Source of the DNA: Hormiphora californensis
Lineage: Eukaryota; Animalia; Ctenophora
Direction: 5' to 3'
Assembly: GCA_020137815.1 (NCBI GenBank)
Contig: CM035351.1
Span: forward strand, 2,480,001 to 2,544,000
DNA: 64,000 bases
Position 1 is the first letter of the stretch. Each line of letters opens with the position of its first letter. This document shows, one piece after another, positions 58,609 to 64,000 of this stretch. Both the position numbers and the translations under genes were made by a program. The notes below the pieces were generated by a model that was given only the letters and a program-made list of their open reading frames with translations, ran no database searches and was not told where the DNA came from.

Positions 58609-61600
58609 TTAAATCTTATTAACCGGATCGGTTGCCTTCCCGTAAACCGTAACACAGTTATCCTGGCCAGCGGAGACAAGCTTATACTCAAACGGATGGA
58701 ACTGCAATGACACGCTTGGCCCGACTTTCTGGCCCATGAAACCCTCGTGGAATTTGATATCGTTCAGTTTGTCTCCCCACGTGTTCCATATCTTGATCCC
58801 CTGATCGTGGGACCCACACGCCATGACCGGTGCATAATTGTGGAAGGCCACCGTCCTCATATTCCCACTGAACACCTGCAGATCCGACCGATGACAGAGT
58901 CCGGGGGGCCGGCGATTTTGTTTCGGGGCATACTCTGCTACTACATCCGTCTTTGATTGCCGCAAGTCCCACAACGATATATCCCCTGACTGGGACGCGA
59001 CGTAGATAATTCGATTGTCATTGTTAGGTTTGGTGTGGACTTTCACCACAGGGCACCCACTGGAACGACCGTGACCTCCGAACTTTTGGACAACTTGGTT
59101 GTGGGAGGGAGTCCGCAGGTCGAACAGCCGGCAGGTTCCATCCTGAAAACCGGAAACCAACAAGTCATCCTCGGTGGAGCTAGAAAATGAGGTGACTGGA
59201 TGTTCCGTGTGAGTCTGGATGTCCGGACACCGGGTTTCTCGGACCAGATTCCAGCTAACAATTCTCTTTACCTGGCTAAAAATTAACAGAGTCGAGGAAA
59301 ATTCGACGTAATGCATCAAAATCCCAACACGTCGGTTGACTTCGGAAGACGCCTTAAAGGTAGAAGCCAGAGAGCAACGGTGAGGATTTTCAAAATTTCT
59401 CCAAATATAAACTTCCGCATCACTGTTGATAACACAGAGGAAGGGGCGCTTGAGTTCGTTCAGCAAGATGACATCCTTGGTAGACCCCCTTCCGAGAGAG
59501 CACTTGAAGCGATGATATTGTTTTGGTTTCGGTTCGTACTCAACCAGATTACAGTGTCGATCATCAACAATATAAATCATAGGGGCATACGGGTGAAAAC
59601 CAACACGGTGAGGTTTGCAGTCATGTTTTATACCAAATATCTGGGCATCAAGACGCTCATGAGCTCGCTTTTGAAGGTTGGCCATAGCTTTGCGACTGTT
59701 CTCAGAGTGCCTTTTTTCGGTTTGAAACTCAAGAAAATGCTTCTCCTCTTCCGCCGGATCAGCTAGTTGGGGTTTGGAGAAGGCAGCGTCCGACCACTCG
59801 ATAAACTCGGTACTGACAATCTGCTCAACGAATTTACTGTCACCGTGACTTGGTGGCCTTTCATCCTCATTCACTTTATCCTTCGGATTGAAGTCAGAGT
59901 AAATAATGTTCAACGGCTCACTCCCCTCTCGCATGGAGTTAATCGTTGACTCCGTTGAGTTTGATCGGGTGGAATTGCGGCGGCGTTGGGCTTCCCCTTC
60001 AATGTGTCCCGTTACCCTTCCAGCTAAGCACTGAACCGACGGATCGGGGTCGGCCTCCAGCATCTCTAAACACCTCCAAACATCCATAAACTTGTTGGCA
60101 GTCTTCAAAGATTTAGTTTGCTGTTTCCGGATCCCATTTGTGCTGTGATTCTCATCACCGCCGTCCTCCTTCGCAGAATTCTGGGCTATCACAACGAACT
60201 TGTGCTGGTACTGAAGAACGTACCGAGACAGAGCGACCACGGCTTCTTTCCGAACATGCACACAGCCATCCCGACTAGCCAGCAAGAGATCCTTGGCAAT
60301 CTTGTGTTCCATACTCTCCCCATGCTGACTCTCGGATCTCTGGGTGCTGAGGAAAGTTCCCAGGGCATACACAGCGGCTGTCCGGGTCTCTGGGTTGGGA
60401 TGTTCCAGGAGCTTTACAACATAGTTTTCCATGGTGTTTGCTCTAGCTGCCATACCTACCGCCTGTTCATTGTTCTCCCACAGATGAGCAAGGCAGAGCA
60501 CCGCACAGTTCTGGAGCTTGATTGTTCCGGGGTCATGGCTGTTACCCGAATTGTGAAGCTCCTCAAGACAATCATCCAGTTCCCGAATGAGGTGGTCATT
60601 CAGGAGTTGCTCTTGGTTCCGGGCCGAGAATCGCACTAGGACCGACAAACAAAAACATGACAAGGCCCGTGTGTCCAGACCCATGTGTGGGTCGTTCATG
60701 GTACGGAGGAAAAACTGCCTGTTCTCGGGATGTCTTATGAGCATTTCAATGGTAGCAGTCCGCCGATCGACCGCAAGGACCTTGGCACTGATCAGGGCGA
60801 GAAGGTTGTTGAAGCCCCGCTGAGGAGTGGTCATCAGATAGACAATTCCCGGGAGAATCCCGACATTCAGTAACTTTTCCACGATCAGGGGACTCCGGTC
60901 TAACAAGCTGCTGATAATTCTCAGCGCCTCCCCCTGAAACTGATAACCAAGCAGCATGTGTAGGAGAATAGGAAACTTGGTACAGTCAACTCTGTCTCTC
61001 TGCTGCTCCAAAGCCACTTTAAACTCCGCCAGTTGGTCGAAAAAGAATGTACTGATCTGACGATGGAGGGCGGGAAAAGACATTCGAATCTTCCTGGAGG
61101 ATAACTCCGTCATAACGCTATCTAGAGCCAAATCCCACGACTTCCACAGGGGATGCTGAGCCATGGAGGGTAGCTCCGGTACACTAAGAGGACGAACGTT
61201 GTACGACCTCATTATTCTATCTGCTAGAATATGCCCACGAAAACAGCTCGCCACGGGCTTACAGCTCCGAAATAGCCGATAAAACTCATGTACAGATAGG
61301 GGCATCTGCCACGCTAATGTATCCAGTACTGCCACCAGTATCCACTCCAGTTCTCCTTTCATAGTTTTCTTGTCGTTCAATTCCCCTGGAATTTGGTCCA
61401 TGTATTCAATACAATCGACGATATGGAATCCAGTAACTTTCTGCTGATGAAACCAATAAGTGAGGGCCGTTCTGAGGGTGGTGGTGAGACAACAAGTATA
61501 GAGATCAGCGGGTAATTCAGGGTTCTGGGGCAATGTTTCGTCTGCTCCACACGCCGCCAAATGCATTGAATGCTCTTCAAACATTGGCTCCGCGTAATAT

Positions 61601-62256
61601 CCATCACATGAAGTCTTTTTAGCTCTCGCCAAATGCGCAAATGAGTTAACAATATGACCAGCATAGTCACAATCCCAAATGTACAGGGCAGGTGTTTTGA
61701 CGTGCTCCATAAGTTGGCTAAGGGGTATGGGATCATAAACCATGACCTCCTTTTTGACCACCCACAAATACTGTTCCCCGTCAACCCCGACATGTGATCG
61801 GCACGATGCAGCACCATGCCCGTTGTAATAAAACATCATCATGTCTTTGCCCACGTTCCGCCGTACAGTATCACATGTCTTGTAAACTGTCTGTGGGTCA
61901 CAATCAACCAATATCCTTAGCATTCTCTGATCTTTTTTATACATGCGGTTATTTCTTTTGTTTGCAAGTAAAGTATAAAACTGTTGCTTCAGGTTCTCCC
62001 GTATTTTGCTCTCCGCTTTTCGAACCTCATATTTGGTTGGGTCTAGCCAAGTTTCCGTGACCGCACATTGTGATAGTTTCTTTTTCTCTGGAGGAGGTAT
62101 ACCCAGCAGTAGGATCTCAATAATTAGGCCGCCCGTCATTTTTGGAATGGACTCCACATCCTCGGTGAGGAGAGGACAACCGGTTATATCCTCCCGGTTG
62201 ATCGCCTTATCAAATAACTCGGCGGTCTTGCAATCCCCATTAAAAACCTTTTCCAT
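58609..62256 (-). CDS. RPTOR: Raptor paralog B (intronless ORF, 1215 aa)
   Basis: Same RNC-HEAT-WD40 architecture, collinear with paralog A. Confidence 0.95.
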   Translation of the reverse strand: MEKVFNGDCKTAELFDKAINREDITGCPLLTEDVESIPKMTGGLIIEILLLGIPPPEKKKLSQCAVTETWLDPTKYEVRKAESKIRENLKQQFYTLLANKRNNRMYKKDQRMLRILVDCDPQTVYKTCDTVRRNVGKDMMMFYYNGHGAASCRSHVGVDGEQYLWVVKKEVMVYDPIPLSQLMEHVKTPALYIWDCDYAGHIVNSFAHLARAKKTSCDGYYAEPMFEEHSMHLAACGADETLPQNPELPADLYTCCLTTTLRTALTYWFHQQKVTGFHIVDCIEYMDQIPGELNDKKTMKGELEWILVAVLDTLAWQMPLSVHEFYRLFRSCKPVASCFRGHILADRIMRSYNVRPLSVPELPSMAQHPLWKSWDLALDSVMTELSSRKIRMSFPALHRQISTFFFDQLAEFKVALEQQRDRVDCTKFPILLHMLLGYQFQGEALRIISSLLDRSPLIVEKLLNVGILPGIVYLMTTPQRGFNNLLALISAKVLAVDRRTATIEMLIRHPENRQFFLRTMNDPHMGLDTRALSCFCLSVLVRFSARNQEQLLNDHLIRELDDCLEELHNSGNSHDPGTIKLQNCAVLCLAHLWENNEQAVGMAARANTMENYVVKLLEHPNPETRTAAVYALGTFLSTQRSESQHGESMEHKIAKDLLLASRDGCVHVRKEAVVALSRYVLQYQHKFVVIAQNSAKEDGGDENHSTNGIRKQQTKSLKTANKFMDVWRCLEMLEADPDPSVQCLAGRVTGHIEGEAQRRRNSTRSNSTESTINSMREGSEPLNIIYSDFNPKDKVNEDERPPSHGDSKFVEQIVSTEFIEWSDAAFSKPQLADPAEEEKHFLEFQTEKRHSENSRKAMANLQKRAHERLDAQIFGIKHDCKPHRVGFHPYAPMIYIVDDRHCNLVEYEPKPKQYHRFKCSLGRGSTKDVILLNELKRPFLCVINSDAEVYIWRNFENPHRCSLASTFKASSEVNRRVGILMHYVEFSSTLLIFSQVKRIVSWNLVRETRCPDIQTHTEHPVTSFSSSTEDDLLVSGFQDGTCRLFDLRTPSHNQVVQKFGGHGRSSGCPVVKVHTKPNNDNRIIYVASQSGDISLWDLRQSKTDVVAEYAPKQNRRPPGLCHRSDLQVFSGNMRTVAFHNYAPVMACGSHDQGIKIWNTWGDKLNDIKFHEGFMGQKVGPSVSLQFHPFEYKLVSAGQDNCVTVYGKATDPVNKI

Positions 62257-62929
62257 GTTTCATGGCTCCTAAAAATAAGGAGTGACAGGAATTGAGGGGT
62301 ATAGGTAGAGAATAATGGAGGGCTCGTGGAGTGTGGTTGGCCGACCGCCAACAAAAAGTCAGAAGACAAACACAAAATATTTGCTTGGCCTACGCTGCAG
62401 CAGTAGCCGTCAAAAACACACGCACTAGGGGACTGCAGAGCTTGCCAAAGCGAAACAGCAAACCGACAGCGCATGCCGTTACGATCTGGGTGGTTGGTGG
62501 TCTGTTTAAAGGCGCACGCTGCCAAAAAACTAAATCATCACAAAATACTTATTATTCCGCCTTGTAGCCTTTATTGCTAGAAGACCACTTAAATATACTA
62601 AATCACACACAGGCAAAACTTTCTAAAGCGATGGAGCCTACTCTGAAATTATCTGGTAGGAAATGTCAATGCCTAACCCCAACCCAAACCCCAACCCTCC
62701 TCCTACTTTAGCCCTAACCCTAAAAAACCCCAAGTGCTGACAGATTTTATCTCCGACCTGCCAAAAAAATTTTTTTTTGAAAATTCACTAACCCCAACAC
62801 CGATTGGCATCACTTTCCAACAGCCGAAGAGAAGCTGCCGAAGAGAGAAAGGGGGTAACCATATGAAGAGTTAATCGCGATGAGTCTCATTCACATTGGG
62901 TTCGATCATTTGCCCCCGGTGTTGGGGTT

Positions 62930-63262
62930 AGTAATAAATAAATCTTAAAATCACTCAAATATTACTATACATAAATAAATAAAATCTCACACATGTTTCA
63001 AATATTGAAGTCCATGTTTTCCAATCCTGTTGGGGCGTACTTTGTACGGCATCCTCTCAGCGACCTCAGGGTGGCTACCAGTAGGCAGAATCTGAGCCGC
63101 CTTCTGATTGCCGCCAAAGCCTCACTGTAGATTTCTCCGTGTTTGTTTTCAATAAGTTTGGCTGTCTTCTTAATCGCTTTGTCCATTTCAGGGCCAACAC
63201 CACCTGTTGTGGTAAACACTAGTGGAGAAAAGGTCCCGCCCTCGACAATCTGGACTCGTCTC
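62930..63262 (-). mobile_element. 3' fragment of a second CRE-type LINE family
   Basis: RRVQIVEGGTFSPLVFTTTGGVGPE...IRRRLRFCLL...LRGCR aligns with the C-terminus of ORF 9870-10595. Confidence 0.8.
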
Positions 63263-64000
63263 ATGCCAAAAAAATTGCCGAAAACGAAGTTTATACTCCA
63301 TTTTTTTTTTCAACTGTTCACCCCCCAAAGTCGTGCGCGGAATTGTTTTGCGCGTCTATCACATGTTAACGTGTAGCGCGCGCCACGAAAATTCTAAATT
63401 TCACTGAAATTTCAATTTTGGGTGAACAGTTGAAAAAAAATGGACTTTTTAAAAGTTTCATGAAATTTCATCTTTTTTATTATTATTATTATTTACCTTG
63501 GCTTATTCTGCGCCGCGCGGCCCGAAGTGGATTGCGCGCGGCGTTAATTTTGGTTTTGCGCGCGAGAATTGCAAGAATGGCGCGCAGCTCCCGTTCGATA
63601 AATTTACCTCCGCAAACAATCGTGGTGTGATGTCATCGTGCAGACCTCGTTCCAAACTGAGGTGGGGTGGATCTAGATTTATCAAAACATCTTTTTAGTT
63701 TTTTCAGAAGTTCGTTGTCAAGCGATTCTTAACTATTTGCTTGTTATTCTTCAGATGCATTTCACATATGTCAGTTGTCGCTATACATTTGCCGATTACC
63801 GATAATTGCGGTTAACTACCAGTAGGCAGTAATAGTAATACGATAATACCTCTCGTACGCGTTCTCTTGAGACGGCGTGTACCGCCATGCGCTACAACCG
63901 CACTTGCTTTTCTCAGGGCGTTTTAAAAAATCTGCATGCGACATTGCCATGCTCACTATGAGAGATCTAACACGCTTTTATTCTATAGGTAGTTGATGGG

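Noticed and set aside
54842-62272. Antisense and alternate-frame ORFs over the Raptors, RTE and CACNA2D
   Set aside because: Shadow ORFs of real coding sequence.
62670-62725. Telomere-like taaccc repeats
   Set aside because: Few and degenerate, internal, and probably part of a repeat.

Overview
Compact, intron-rich animal genomic DNA, most likely a ctenophore. The ~110-bp repeat translating as [28 protein letters not shown] is one I recall from Pleurobrachia gene models; this is not verified. Genes, left to right: ARMH1 (+), TFCP2/LSF (+), Gli (-), a divergent Q50 homeobox gene (+), a GPI-type Ly6/uPAR (three-finger) gene (-), a Ca-channel alpha2delta subunit (+), ODF3/SHIPPO (+), a PP2A B'' subunit (-), and two tandem intronless Raptor paralogs (-). 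The window has many transposons with visible TIRs/TSDs: a hAT MITE inside a MULE inside a CRE-type LINE, a Helentron-type (HINE) array, an intact RTE LINE, TTAA foldback elements and mini-MITEs. Most interesting: (1) a 36-bp unit containing the exon end plus 5' splice donor, repeated 19 times in frame inside the TFCP2 DNA-binding domain; (2) an apparent mutually exclusive exon pair in the Ly6 gene; (3) two divergent Raptors with near-identical conversion-like tracts in a tightly packed Raptor-Raptor-PP2A-B'' run with acceptor sites and uORFs, a candidate trans-spliced operon; (4) repeated duplication or TE insertion at splice sites. Several stretches look like low-quality assembly. All exon models were read by eye.
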